The notes under the pieces: generated by a model | Database searches by the model: none | Told to the model about the DNA's origin: nothing | Seen by the model: the letters and a program-made list of their open reading frames with translations, nothing else | Source: a virus | Lineage: Duplodnaviria; Caudoviricetes | Reading direction: 5' to 3' (one strand) | Length of the DNA: 64,000 nt | IMG/VR virus record: IMGVR_UViG_3300029288_000056 | Location: 128,001-192,000 of that record | In this document: positions 8,919-18,376 of the stretch, in pieces | How positions within the stretch are numbered: the stretch's first letter is position 1 | Layout of the letters: each line of letters opens with the position of its first letter | Position numbers and translations under genes: made by a program

Positions 8919-9582
8919 TATTCCTCCAATCTGTTATTGCTTGAGGATATTCCCTGTCAGCTTGGGTGTATCCTGCCTTGCCCCAAAAGGGGATGCCCTT
9001 GCAGGTTGCCATTTTTTTAAGATATGCCCGAATATCTAAACTTACGGGTCTTTTGCCACTACCCGTTTCTGCCCCTGCTACAATCCAGTGTAATTCACTC
9101 ACATCACCTAGAACATGTTCCAGCAACGGCTCGCACATCACCCACGGGTGCGCGGGGTTCGCCTCTAACAACAGAGGTACCCTTTCGTCCCAGCGCGCTT
9201 GATTCTCGGCGGTTACACCAAGCCAGATGTTTGGCAGATCAAAGATGTAGGATTGCATAAGCATTTCCTCTTTAAATTCCGCCAACCGTTCTGCACGCTT
9301 GGTCAGTATCAAGTAGATGTTCTGTTTGTGCAGATTCATCTCATAGAAGGTACGCCAAATCTGCTCGTGAGTTACGGCCTCGTGGAACAGGTCGTTCCAG
9401 ATCGAGATGATGCGCGGCTTACCCTTACCAAAGCGCGCCAATTGCTTTTCGTCAAAGCGCGGAGTGAAGTCTTTATGCCACCTACGCGTATCGGCTTCAC
9501 TCCAACAGTGAACACACCCCTCTGAAACTGGGGTGCATCCCGGAACCAACATGATACCGTCGTCCCACATCTTACCTGCCAT
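8908..9582 (-). CDS. DUF5131 / phage Gp37Gp68 radical-SAM-like protein
   Basis: GCTPVSEGCVHCW, DLFH, LTKR, NIWLGVTAENQ, EPLL, GAETG. Confidence 0.88.
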   Translation of the reverse strand: MAGKMWDDGIMLVPGCTPVSEGCVHCWSEADTRRWHKDFTPRFDEKQLARFGKGKPRIISIWNDLFHEAVTHEQIWRTFYEMNLHKQNIYLILTKRAERLAEFKEEMLMQSYIFDLPNIWLGVTAENQARWDERVPLLLEANPAHPWVMCEPLLEHVLGDVSELHWIVAGAETGSGKRPVSLDIRAYLKKMATCKGIPFWGKAGYTQADREYPQAITDWRNNEQ

Positions 9583-9583
9583 T

Positions 9584-9985
9584 TTATCTCCCGTTCAAAA
9601 CATTAGTAACTTGCGTATCGTATGATGTCTCACATTCACAGCTTACCTCTTTTTTAACCACGTCGGCAATCTTGAACCATTCGACCTTAAACTTACCCTT
9701 GATATATTCAGTTACATCCGCGTCAAAACCTGCTTCTTTTAGTGCTTGTTTGTATGCGTTTGCCACCACTGATGATTTAAATTCATGGCTACCGCACTCA
9801 CTACTCTTCTCTTGACCTTTATTAAACCACTCTACTTCGTATAAATAAAATTCTTCTTCATGAAATTTACACTTGTCAGGTGCTATATCGGCGAAGAATC
9901 CTGCTTGATTCAACTTTTGCATAAACTCTTGTGCGAGATGTTGAGAATAAAAACATTTACTACCTATCTCCCTTAAGTTATTCAT
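9584..9985 (-). CDS. protein with two tandem SPOR-like repeats
   Basis: Two copies of GS..F.S...A.....L..AGF.A.....VEWF. Confidence 0.6.
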   Translation of the reverse strand: MNNLREIGSKCFYSQHLAQEFMQKLNQAGFFADIAPDKCKFHEEEFYLYEVEWFNKGQEKSSECGSHEFKSSVVANAYKQALKEAGFDADVTEYIKGKFKVEWFKIADVVKKEVSCECETSYDTQVTNVLNGR

Positions 9986-10313
9986 TATTTATCACCACCT
10001 TAGGATAAACTTTTCCTCTGTTCCAAAGCGACTTAACTATCGCATAATCAATCCTAGACTGAACCTCTACTGTCCTAGCGCCGCAGTCTTTGCAATAAAG
10101 CCAGAGATATTCGTCACATCTTACATCAAGGACGAAACCTTCTCCGTCGTATACTCCGTACTCATGGCCGTCGTTACCGTAGGCCGGCTTTTTGCGGCTA
10201 TGGCATACGGGACAGCGCTTGAAGGGCTTCTGCTTTTCAATAGCCCTAATCTCAGCGCTCGTTAAGTCTCTGCTTTTTAAGAACTTCTTATAGCGTTCCG
10301 AGAACTTTTTCAT
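9978..10313 (-). CDS. Lar restriction-alleviation-like zinc-finger protein
   Basis: K.CP.C ... C..CG.......WNR. Confidence 0.55.
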   Translation of the reverse strand: MKKFSERYKKFLKSRDLTSAEIRAIEKQKPFKRCPVCHSRKKPAYGNDGHEYGVYDGEGFVLDVRCDEYLWLYCKDCGARTVEVQSRIDYAIVKSLWNRGKVYPKVVINNE

Positions 10314-10546
10314 TACCTCTCCTTATTTTCAGCAAACTCCGAACATTCCCAAACCGGCGTTACCATACCCGTCAAGACACAGAAGTTGTAAAGAAGCCGC
10401 GCACGTGGACAATTCTCACTCATATCTTCTGGCTTAGGGTGAAACTTGAGGCAACTAAAGCAAAGGCAGTGCTCGCGATGCTGACCCTTAAGATCCTCGC
10501 GCACAAAGTTGATACTACCGTAATGATCGTATGACACGAACTTCAT
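10313..10546 (-). CDS. hypothetical Cys-rich protein
   Basis: ORF with RBS. Confidence 0.6.
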   Translation of the reverse strand: MKFVSYDHYGSINFVREDLKGQHREHCLCFSCLKFHPKPEDMSENCPRARLLYNFCVLTGMVTPVWECSEFAENKER

Positions 10547-10923
10547 TTAAGTCTCCCTTGTATTCTAAATTAGCATGCCCTACTGTATACGTGGCTATCT
10601 GTTTCACAGCGCTAAGCTCCAAACCTGATAAAGCACCCAACAAGATCCAAAAATCATACCTAGCAGAAAGGCCACCATTGCTAGTAGGCCGAGAACTGCT
10701 AGTATCCTAATAAGAAGAAGTTCCCACCACTTAAAGTCGCTCATAATTCCTCCGTGATTGGAATGCGTTCGTCCGGTTCGTAGTTGTTACAAACCGATAC
10801 TTTGCCAATTAGCCGATCAAGATCACAATCTGAATCCTTGTTGTATCGTGGATTTTTTTTACAGTCGTAGCATTGTTCGTTTACCATAGTCTTTGTCTAA
10901 AGAGAAGGCCTCCTGCCTATCCT

Positions 10924-11124
10924 CTACGCTTCCACGGGCTCGTGCCAGTCCAAAACGGCTGGCTCACCAACTACGCCTTTAGAATCACAATTGTAAACCT
11001 CGATGTGTTTGTCGCGGATAAACACGATCCACTCCTTGTTTTCGGGCTCGATCCACCCCACCCAATCAATTCCTTCCGGGTAGGCCTGATATCTCCCAAC
11101 ATCGAGGCGCGGTAACTTAGACAT
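10924..11124 (-). CDS. hypothetical protein
   Basis: Coupled ORF. Confidence 0.6.
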   Translation of the reverse strand: MSKLPRLDVGRYQAYPEGIDWVGWIEPENKEWIVFIRDKHIEVYNCDSKGVVGEPAVLDWHEPVEA

Positions 11125-11774
11125 TAATCCACCCCCTTCGGTATATACTTAAATTCGATTATAGCTTGAACGATAGGTTTAATCCATTCTACACAATAAC
11201 CTACTATCTGATAAAAAGTGCCAGACGACTTACTTATCGGTGTTACCTCAGAGATAAAACCCTTAGACTCTAGGTTTCTCGCGTAAATCTCGGCGATTCT
11301 CTTACTGTGGAAACTTCTCTTGCCTAACAGTATCTTGTCGCTTACCGGCGGTTTGTCTACTTTGTTAAATGTGTTCCATCCTTCCTGTGCTTCTCGAAAG
11401 GAATGATAGAATATATACGGATAAGTATGACATTTATTGCACTTAGGAAGATAAGTATCAGATCCAACCCAACTTACCGTTTCAATACGTATATCGTCGC
11501 TACCGCAGAGCTTGCACGGTCTTAAGATGGGGTGTTGATCCTCGGTCCACGCATAATAAGAGTCGTAGGGTTCATCGGTGCGTACGTCGTCTTCTGGCCG
11601 CCATCCCTTTTTGAATGGGCGCAATCCGTTTCTCTCTAATCGACAAATACACCGGAATGGATCTCCCTCATTACAATGGAATATACAGTCATCAATGGGA
11701 TTGTTCTTGTTCTTACACACACATTCATAGATTTTATTATACCAACCATCTTTCCAACTATTCAATTGATTCAC
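11124..11774 (-). CDS. Lar-like zinc finger fused to a SPOR-like repeat
   Basis: LRPCKLCGS..CNKC..EAQEGWN followed by GKRSFHS...A...L..KGF...VEW. Confidence 0.6.
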   Translation of the reverse strand: MNQLNSWKDGWYNKIYECVCKNKNNPIDDCIFHCNEGDPFRCICRLERNGLRPFKKGWRPEDDVRTDEPYDSYYAWTEDQHPILRPCKLCGSDDIRIETVSWVGSDTYLPKCNKCHTYPYIFYHSFREAQEGWNTFNKVDKPPVSDKILLGKRSFHSKRIAEIYARNLESKGFISEVTPISKSSGTFYQIVGYCVEWIKPIVQAIIEFKYIPKGVD

Positions 11775-12019
11775 CCCTCTTTAAAACAAACACAAACGTC
11801 GTTGGGATTCATATAATCATAATCGTCGTCAACAATAACCCAACAAATCTTTCTGTCACCCTGCGCGATCTCATCTGTTCCAAATGGGCCATGCCCTCTT
11901 CCCCAATGATAACACTTTGCACAACAAGCATCCGTCTGTATTAATATGTTTAATTGTTCAACTAGAACAGGCAGCTCATTGGCGGGCATAGATAAAAATC
12001 TAGGCTTATTTCCTATCAT
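11771..12019 (-). CDS. hypothetical protein
   Basis: Start reset to the ATG with AAGGAG RBS; the longer frame overlaps tRNA-His. Confidence 0.6.
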   Translation of the reverse strand: MIGNKPRFLSMPANELPVLVEQLNILIQTDACCAKCYHWGRGHGPFGTDEIAQGDRKICWVIVDDDYDYMNPNDVCVCFKEG

Positions 12020-12034
12020 AGATCTCCTTTGATG

Positions 12035-12111
12035 GGTGAGCGATGGGAGTCGAACCCACAAAATTACTCGGGTCACAGCCGAGCGCTTTAACCAATTTAG
12101 CTACGCTCACC
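12035..12111 (-). tRNA. tRNA-His(GTG) with encoded G-1
   Basis: G-GTGAGCG/CGCTCAC-C, CTCGG-CTGTGAC-CCGAG. Confidence 0.92.
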
Positions 12112-12115
12112 ATAA

Positions 12116-12244
12116 ACCAGAACAGAATTGCAGAGACAGTTTTTCGGCAGGATTCGAACCTGCGACCTTCGGATGGACTCCGCTGCTCTAACCAACTGAG
12201 CTACGATTCAAATGGCTGAATGTAATCCCTACAGCATTTCTGGT
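12116..12244 (-). ncRNA. tRNA-mimic RNA inside a long closing stem (possible Y RNA relative)
   Basis: Canonical D and T arms, 5-nt pseudo-anticodon loop, closing helices ACCAGAA/TTCTGGT and TGTAGGGA/TCTCTGCA, own promoter. Confidence 0.7.
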
Positions 12245-12251
12245 ATACTAC

Positions 12252-12282
12252 ATATTATCACAAGTCAGTTTAAAAGTCAAGC
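12252..12282 (-). promoter_or_regulatory. conserved phage promoter driving the ncRNA and tRNA-His
   Basis: TTGACT-17-TAATAT, extended TG. Confidence 0.8.
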
Positions 12283-12283
12283 A

Positions 12284-12469
12284 CTATTTATCGAGATAAA
12301 TCGCTTGAACAACCCACGGTTTCTCGGGTGCGCATATAGAATTTTCTTGATTATAGTTAGCAAAAAATCCCATCGTCTTTATACCAATACTTTTCATTTC
12401 TTTTGTCGCAAATTTAATATAACATTTTACTGCTTCTTCATTTACAAAATACTCAGTGTCGATTCGCAT
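12284..12469 (-). CDS. hypothetical protein
   Basis: Coupled ORF. Confidence 0.5.
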   Translation of the reverse strand: MRIDTEYFVNEEAVKCYIKFATKEMKSIGIKTMGFFANYNQENSICAPEKPWVVQAIYLDK

Positions 12470-12657
12470 TCTTCCTCCTTTTTAATATAATCAATATGTA
12501 GCTGCATATTTTCCCGCGACATGCCTTGCGGATATTCACAATACGTAGTCAGCTCCGGGTCCATACCGGCAATATCCTTTATGTTCTTTTCTGTAAGGAT
12601 TACACCAACTGGCTGATCCTCAGAACTATAGATTCGATTCCCCACTACTACTTTCAT
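12442..12657 (-). CDS. hypothetical protein
   Basis: Coupled ORF. Confidence 0.6.
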   Translation of the reverse strand: MKVVVGNRIYSSEDQPVGVILTEKNIKDIAGMDPELTTYCEYPQGMSRENMQLHIDYIKKEEECESTLSIL

Positions 12658-13430
12658 ATTTCTATCTCTCCTTTTAAATACTTTTCAAAATTCTCATCAC
12701 ATTCAAAATGTGGATTAGGAGCTTCACTTAAAATTAAGTTTTGCTGTAGAATGATGACTCTCTTCTGACTAAATCTGTCGTTACCACCGTATCGTTGGAT
12801 ATGCCACGAAGTTGCTTTCGGACAAATGGCAGCCACAAATAGTTCAGCTTTGGCTGCGCTACTAAAAATAAATGATTGCACTATATTTTTATTCATAGCG
12901 TTATCATAAATAAAGACTACAGTCTGTTTACCGTTCCAACAGTCCCCTACTAGTTTTTTGAATTCATCGGTACCATAATCTATCTTAAGTCTACCGTCTT
13001 TAGTCTTGGGATAAACAAGATCTTCAACATCTAAACCCGACCATTTTTGGCACTTTTTAGCATAACTAAAGAACTCATCTGTAGTGGAAAGATTAACATC
13101 TGGAAAAATAACCCGATTTAGATGCGCCATTACTAAGGATTCCTTAGTCTTCGCTTTGATATTATACTCAGCCGCATACTCAATATAATCTTCGTATATA
13201 GATTGCCTCTCACTGTCGAATGATGCCTTATATATTAAATAAGCCACAAATTCGTGTAGGAAATCGTTTTTCATCTTTTCTATTTTTTCTAGCGAATCAC
13301 TGTTAAACCCCATATTGTGCTTTTTATCGTACCATTGGTATTCATACACTCGTGATAGCGGGTAAAATCCTTCCCCGCCACATAATGGTTGTTTACCATC
13401 AAGATTGTCTGTCTGAGTGATTACAAACAT
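12654..13430 (-). CDS. hypothetical protein
   Basis: 258-aa ORF with RBS. Confidence 0.7.
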   Translation of the reverse strand: MFVITQTDNLDGKQPLCGGEGFYPLSRVYEYQWYDKKHNMGFNSDSLEKIEKMKNDFLHEFVAYLIYKASFDSERQSIYEDYIEYAAEYNIKAKTKESLVMAHLNRVIFPDVNLSTTDEFFSYAKKCQKWSGLDVEDLVYPKTKDGRLKIDYGTDEFKKLVGDCWNGKQTVVFIYDNAMNKNIVQSFIFSSAAKAELFVAAICPKATSWHIQRYGGNDRFSQKRVIILQQNLILSEAPNPHFECDENFEKYLKGEIEI

Positions 13431-13832
13431 TTAATTCTCCTCTACCCAACACGACATTGTGTTGTTGGTTAAAATTATAGGCTTTAGGTCGTAAAAACGG
13501 CCTACATACCGAATAGGACTAGGCTCTTCTGGAAGCATTTTTGTAATCAAAAAAGTATCTGTATGAAAGACGATGGGGTTGCCGTCATCCTTCATGGGTT
13601 TAATATAACCCAGCCGTTGAAGAATGTCGTCCAATTCATTGATGTTATCGCAGATCACGTTATGCACAAATCTATACATTTTTCCGTCTAGAGTGAGCGC
13701 AAGATGAAGATCAAAAGGTCGTGTAAATTTTGATTTAAATATCCACTTACCCGTTTCAACTTCATACTCTTTACAATAATGATTAACATTTTGTCCCATT
13801 ACAGGAACAACGTCTCGACGATCAATTATCAT
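13431..13832 (-). CDS. hypothetical protein
   Basis: ORF. Confidence 0.65.
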   Translation of the reverse strand: MIIDRRDVVPVMGQNVNHYCKEYEVETGKWIFKSKFTRPFDLHLALTLDGKMYRFVHNVICDNINELDDILQRLGYIKPMKDDGNPIVFHTDTFLITKMLPEEPSPIRYVGRFYDLKPIILTNNTMSCWVEEN

Positions 13833-14008
13833 TATCCCCGCCTATCCGAGACTAATGCCACCGAGTAGATAGCCTGTTTATCTCTTTTTCTTAATGTGGC
13901 TTTAGCATTAGTGAAAATAGATATGATCTTATCTAGTTCTCTATAATTAAAATCTATCCTACACCCGCGCTCTTTTTTATCAGCATTATAAAACGGCATA
14001 ATTTCCAT

Positions 14009-14425
14009 TTAACCCTCCTCTAAAAATCCAAATAAGTATCCTGCGTCCTCGAATTCCTCGATCTTCTCCGCAGAAAGGCCTCTAACATCCATAGTAACGT
14101 GAATCTTCCCTACTGGCACCCAAACGACGGGTCTAGTCTTTTCTACCGTGGCCTCTGTAAACCGAATGATGGTACCGTCCTCAAAGGCGACATATCCTTC
14201 ATCTCCACCGTGGCCACAACAAGCCGCCCGAACACCGGGAAGATGACCAAGACACGCATCCTCTCCACCCTCTAGGCCTTTTCTGCCGCAGCGAATACAG
14301 GCCGGTTCCGCGTCTATTTCTTCACCGTCTTTGGTGTACCACTTAACACCAAAGTTAGTGTAGATTTCTTGACCCCTCTTGAACATCACACCGGTCCCTC
14401 CTTGGACCACAATTGTGTCACTCAT
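14009..14425 (-). CDS. hypothetical phage protein
   Basis: DACLG.LPGV.AACCGHG motif. Confidence 0.7.
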   Translation of the reverse strand: MSDTIVVQGGTGVMFKRGQEIYTNFGVKWYTKDGEEIDAEPACIRCGRKGLEGGEDACLGHLPGVRAACCGHGGDEGYVAFEDGTIIRFTEATVEKTRPVVWVPVGKIHVTMDVRGLSAEKIEEFEDAGYLFGFLEEG

Positions 14426-14967
14426 ACCGGATCATCGAGACTGAATTCTTTACCCGCGCCTTTGCACCAAACATAGGAATCAAGTTGTGCCGGTGTTAGC
14501 CCAACCCTGTCCGCCTCTTTGATAAAAGCGTCCTCCAACTCCTTATACTTCTTGCCGGCTGGCGGCGTCGTTCTTGGCGCGTCATAGCCCATCTCTTTTA
14601 AGAAGCGTAGTATGTGAACATCAAGGGCTGCACACCTTACGTCGGGTCTGGTCCATAGCATAAAGAATCTCGCCGTCTTTGGACCTATTCCACTTATACT
14701 CTCCAGATCCTCGATCGTGCAAGTCTCAAGGTTGAAGTCTTTTTCGACAATTTCCCTTATAGCCTTTTCAATCTTGGTGTAGTTACCAGTTCGCGCCTCT
14801 TTAACTTTTTGACCGACAATATCGTCGTGCACCCAAGATTTTATCTCATTCTCAATATTACCGTTAGGGAACAACTTTGCCATAACATTATAAGCGAAGT
14901 CTGCGTTCTTCCCTGCGACGATCACACTGTAAATCAACTTATACAGCAGGTTATTTTCCACTACCAA
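14422..14967 (-). CDS. HhH-GPD DNA glycosylase (Ogg/AGOG-like)
   Basis: L..I.GIGPKTARFF, A.LDVHILR, Y.ELE.F, LD.YVW. Confidence 0.85.
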   Translation of the reverse strand: MVVENNLLYKLIYSVIVAGKNADFAYNVMAKLFPNGNIENEIKSWVHDDIVGQKVKEARTGNYTKIEKAIREIVEKDFNLETCTIEDLESISGIGPKTARFFMLWTRPDVRCAALDVHILRFLKEMGYDAPRTTPPAGKKYKELEDAFIKEADRVGLTPAQLDSYVWCKGAGKEFSLDDPV

Positions 14968-16345
14968 ATCCTACAGATCTTATTTCTTTACAATAATCCA
15001 GATTATTAATCGCAAACGCTAGGTCCTCACTGCATACTACATCACGCTTATTTTTGTCTGAGTTAATAATAGCGGAGTGAGCTACTTCTTTAACAAGTGC
15101 CCCTGAGAACAACTTTCTACCCCTTATTTTACTGACAGCATCTTTCACTTCGCCAATATCAATCTGATGATCTCCAAGATTCTTATTTAAAATGCTTACC
15201 ATATGCTCTCCTGATGGTGGTGGCATTTGTATAACCTTATCAAACCGGCCCGGCCTTTGGCTTAATGCATGCTCAATTACGTCCAGTCTGTTTGTTGAAG
15301 CCACCAAGACGTAGTTGTTATGCTTTACGGTACCGTCAAGATGGTTGAGTAAGTCGTGCATTGCCGCGGGAGAGCAACCTCCAGAGTCCCTATCTGCGCC
15401 CACAAGATCAATGTCATCCCAAATTACTAGAACCGGGGACAGATAGTCTATCACCTCAAAAACAGATCTTACGTCAAAATTAGGATAAGGGGCAACTACT
15501 AAAACCCTCAGTCCCTTTTCTTTTGCTTTGTATATAATAGATCCTATCAACATACTCTTTCCGTTACCGGGGTCTCCATGTAGTAGGATTTTACGGCCGT
15601 TAGTTATACCGCGCTTAGCCAGTCTTTCACTGTTGATTAAGAAGTACATTGAATTATCAAATATGACTTCCTTAACATCTTTAGGGCAAAAAACATCTTC
15701 GTCAGATATACTTTTAACCTCTAAGAATTTAAGTGGTCGGTGTGAGTTACCCTCTATCTCCAAAACGGAATCCCATATACTATTCTTTCCTATGTAAGTC
15801 TGGAGTTCGTCCATCAGCTTTTGTACATTCGCAGTGTCGCGATTGTAATATATTTCCGTAACCAAATAACCATCATCAATGTAAGTACATATAATGTAGG
15901 TATTATCCTCAAATTGTACCTGATGGCAACCACCGATAAAGAATTCTTTTCCACCAATAAAATTCTTACTCTTATTATACAGATAGTTAATGGTGGAATT
16001 CTGCTTATCAATCTCAAGACCACAATATTTTTTTACAATGTCGTTAATCGCCACAATAGTTAGGTTAAACATTTGAGGACAAGTAGAGTAGTTGTGTCTA
16101 TCTATAGTATCAACATTATCAAAAAATCCCATCGCCACAAAATCAGCTTTAGCTTTATCACGTATACTTTTTTCGTGCTCACGGTTCCAGATTGCAGATA
16201 TCACGGTAGCTAAAAGCTTCGTGCCATACTGATCGTCAGTTGGAAACTCCACATCCGGCATTTTACCATATTTATCAAAATGTGACGGGTCTTCCATTCC
16301 CTTCACGGCTATTGGGGGTCTTGGGGGTCTGTCATCAAAACTCAT
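14951..16345 (-). CDS. AAA+ ATPase
   Basis: GDPGNGKS, WDDID, STN, RPGRFD. Confidence 0.88.
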   Translation of the reverse strand: MSFDDRPPRPPIAVKGMEDPSHFDKYGKMPDVEFPTDDQYGTKLLATVISAIWNREHEKSIRDKAKADFVAMGFFDNVDTIDRHNYSTCPQMFNLTIVAINDIVKKYCGLEIDKQNSTINYLYNKSKNFIGGKEFFIGGCHQVQFEDNTYIICTYIDDGYLVTEIYYNRDTANVQKLMDELQTYIGKNSIWDSVLEIEGNSHRPLKFLEVKSISDEDVFCPKDVKEVIFDNSMYFLINSERLAKRGITNGRKILLHGDPGNGKSMLIGSIIYKAKEKGLRVLVVAPYPNFDVRSVFEVIDYLSPVLVIWDDIDLVGADRDSGGCSPAAMHDLLNHLDGTVKHNNYVLVASTNRLDVIEHALSQRPGRFDKVIQMPPPSGEHMVSILNKNLGDHQIDIGEVKDAVSKIRGRKLFSGALVKEVAHSAIINSDKNKRDVVCSEDLAFAINNLDYCKEIRSVGFGSGK

Positions 16346-16572
16346 TTTATTCCTCCGATTGAGTAACTACACCAATTTCCAGATACTAATTCTTTCAGCC
16401 TATCCGTAACTATGATATTCCCCTTTAAAATCATTCCATCAAAGCTCAAATCTGTTGCTTCACCAAGCACTTCCTTTACATCGCCGTTTTTGTCGTAAAT
16501 AACGACCGGTAACGATGTGGGTGTTTCTGTTAAAATGATAGGCGTATCAAATACCTTAATTTCAAATTTCAC
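16342..16572 (-). CDS. hypothetical protein, possibly related to the 53016-54379 cluster
   Basis: LPV....LGEA..L.FDG..L.G pattern. Confidence 0.55.
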   Translation of the reverse strand: MKFEIKVFDTPIILTETPTSLPVVIYDKNGDVKEVLGEATDLSFDGMILKGNIIVTDRLKELVSGNWCSYSIGGIK

Positions 16573-16751
16573 TTTTTAACCTTTTCATAGTCCCAACCGG
16601 GATCATTCGGGAAGATAGGAATATCTCCCACACCTTTCATATATATGAAGTAGACGTACTTACAGCCTATATCTTTACTATGTTGGCAGTCGGTACAGTC
16701 ATTAAAAGACACACAGTCGTTACTGATAATGGAAGCTTCGTCTTTATTCAT
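16569..16751 (-). CDS. small Cys-rich protein
   Basis: Coupled ORF. Confidence 0.55.
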   Translation of the reverse strand: MNKDEASIISNDCVSFNDCTDCQHSKDIGCKYVYFIYMKGVGDIPIFPNDPGWDYEKVKK

Positions 16752-16789
16752 TCATATCCTTTAACATGTTATTGATAGGGTATGTCCCA

Positions 16790-17035
16790 TTATTTTGGGC
16801 CATAGTACATCAAAAATAGACAAATATCAACGTCTTTAGCAATCTTAATCAGCTTATTTTCAACTTCACTGAACATCTCATTTAAGATCGTCTGTTTGTT
16901 AATAACATTCTGGTCTAAACTTTTGTTAGACTTGTTATCTTGCCGTATTCTAGTGATAGAATCAGTAAGCTCCTTAAGAGATTCTCTTGCGCTTACGGCT
17001 TTCTTATATAATTCGTCTGGGCTCATGATAGCCAT
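16790..17035 (-). CDS. hypothetical coiled-coil protein
   Basis: ORF with RBS. Confidence 0.6.
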   Translation of the reverse strand: MAIMSPDELYKKAVSARESLKELTDSITRIRQDNKSNKSLDQNVINKQTILNEMFSEVENKLIKIAKDVDICLFLMYYGPK

Positions 17036-17036
17036 T

Positions 17037-17483
17037 TTATTTTCCTTCATCTGTTTTAGTTTGTGACACTGTATCCGTTTCATCATCGATTTTTTGCATA
17101 GGATGTTCTAATCTTACCGCTTGAAATTTATGCCCGGCTAAAAGACCTACCATAAACCACGCATACCACATTGGCATACAGGGATCTTGAATTATAACAC
17201 CATCTTTTACTGATATATAATATTGTGCCACTCCCCATGCCAATACACTGTATACAAAATTATCTATTGGAGCGCCGACATTAACAGCACGAAAACTGTT
17301 ATAAGATATTTCCGCACCCATTTCTTCCTTGAGAAAACGTATTAAATCGCTCAGGCTTTCATTCTCTAAATACTCATCAGCATGTCCTATAAAAACATAT
17401 GCGTCATGCTCAATTTTAATAGGTTCTCTAGAATGCTGAAACTCGGATAAATATTTTGTGATTACATCTTCACCAATATCCAT
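17037..17483 (-). CDS. hypothetical protein
   Basis: ORF with RBS. Confidence 0.65.
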   Translation of the reverse strand: MDIGEDVITKYLSEFQHSREPIKIEHDAYVFIGHADEYLENESLSDLIRFLKEEMGAEISYNSFRAVNVGAPIDNFVYSVLAWGVAQYYISVKDGVIIQDPCMPMWYAWFMVGLLAGHKFQAVRLEHPMQKIDDETDTVSQTKTDEGK

Positions 17484-17484
17484 T

Positions 17485-18036
17485 TTATTCTCCTTTATGT
17501 TTTTGAACTATTTTAAACAACCTGTCATACAACCGATGATTGTATTCACTTGTTAATTCTTTTTCATATACACCTAACTGACGTAGAACGTAACTGGTAA
17601 ACTCAGCGATGTAGTCTTCACCGTCATCGCCTTCTTCTACTAGGTATTCATAGTAGTCTTCCCATTCATCATAGCCGTCGCTCATATACCGTTCTGAACT
17701 TATGTGAAAGGTGACATCGTACTCCCTACTCATTTGTACTAGCTTCTCTGCTATCTTTCTATATTTTACCATTCTATTTTGAATAATTCTGTTCAGCTCC
17801 GCCATGAGGCCGGGGAATTTTTCTCTTTCTATATCCTCAAGTTGCTTTTGCCACTTTTCATGCTCTACTTGATCCCGCATACTTCGTCTGCCCATCATTG
17901 CACCAAAGTCAGTTTCAAGGCCGGCATTTACAAAATGTCCAATAGAGTCTAAAAACATCTTTTCCGGTTGCATATTAGGATCATCAGCGTAGGGGTCCCC
18001 GTTTGCAAAAGGATCGTCGCCAATTGTTTTACGCAT
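17485..18036 (-). CDS. hypothetical acidic protein
   Basis: ORF. Confidence 0.65.
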   Translation of the reverse strand: MRKTIGDDPFANGDPYADDPNMQPEKMFLDSIGHFVNAGLETDFGAMMGRRSMRDQVEHEKWQKQLEDIEREKFPGLMAELNRIIQNRMVKYRKIAEKLVQMSREYDVTFHISSERYMSDGYDEWEDYYEYLVEEGDDGEDYIAEFTSYVLRQLGVYEKELTSEYNHRLYDRLFKIVQKHKGE

Positions 18037-18376
18037 TATTTTTCCTTTCAAATAAACCACAAGTTGAGACGCCTTCTATGACGGTCTCATGTTGTACACA
18101 ATAATTTTTCTCGCAAAACAGACAGTCAACGCAGGTATCCGCAGGTCTAATCTGTCTTGCACGGGCTGGCGACCACATTATCCATCCGTAAACCGAAAGA
18201 CCGATATACACTATCCACATCAGCGTGTAGGCGTACTCTTGCGCCATAAAAGTGAGAACTACCAGAATACCGTTCGATATTATCCAAACAATAAAGCACG
18301 CTCTTAGTTTGAATATGTTCAAAAAGTAAGCCCCTATGCTTCCCAGTGATGCTATCCAACTTAAAAGTATTAGCAA
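18029..18376 (-). CDS. half-size PnuC-like membrane transporter
   Basis: Three TM helices, W..SN motif, YGW..W end. Confidence 0.65.
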   Translation of the reverse strand: MLILLSWIASLGSIGAYFLNIFKLRACFIVWIISNGILVVLTFMAQEYAYTLMWIVYIGLSVYGWIMWSPARARQIRPADTCVDCLFCEKNYCVQHETVIEGVSTCGLFERKNNA

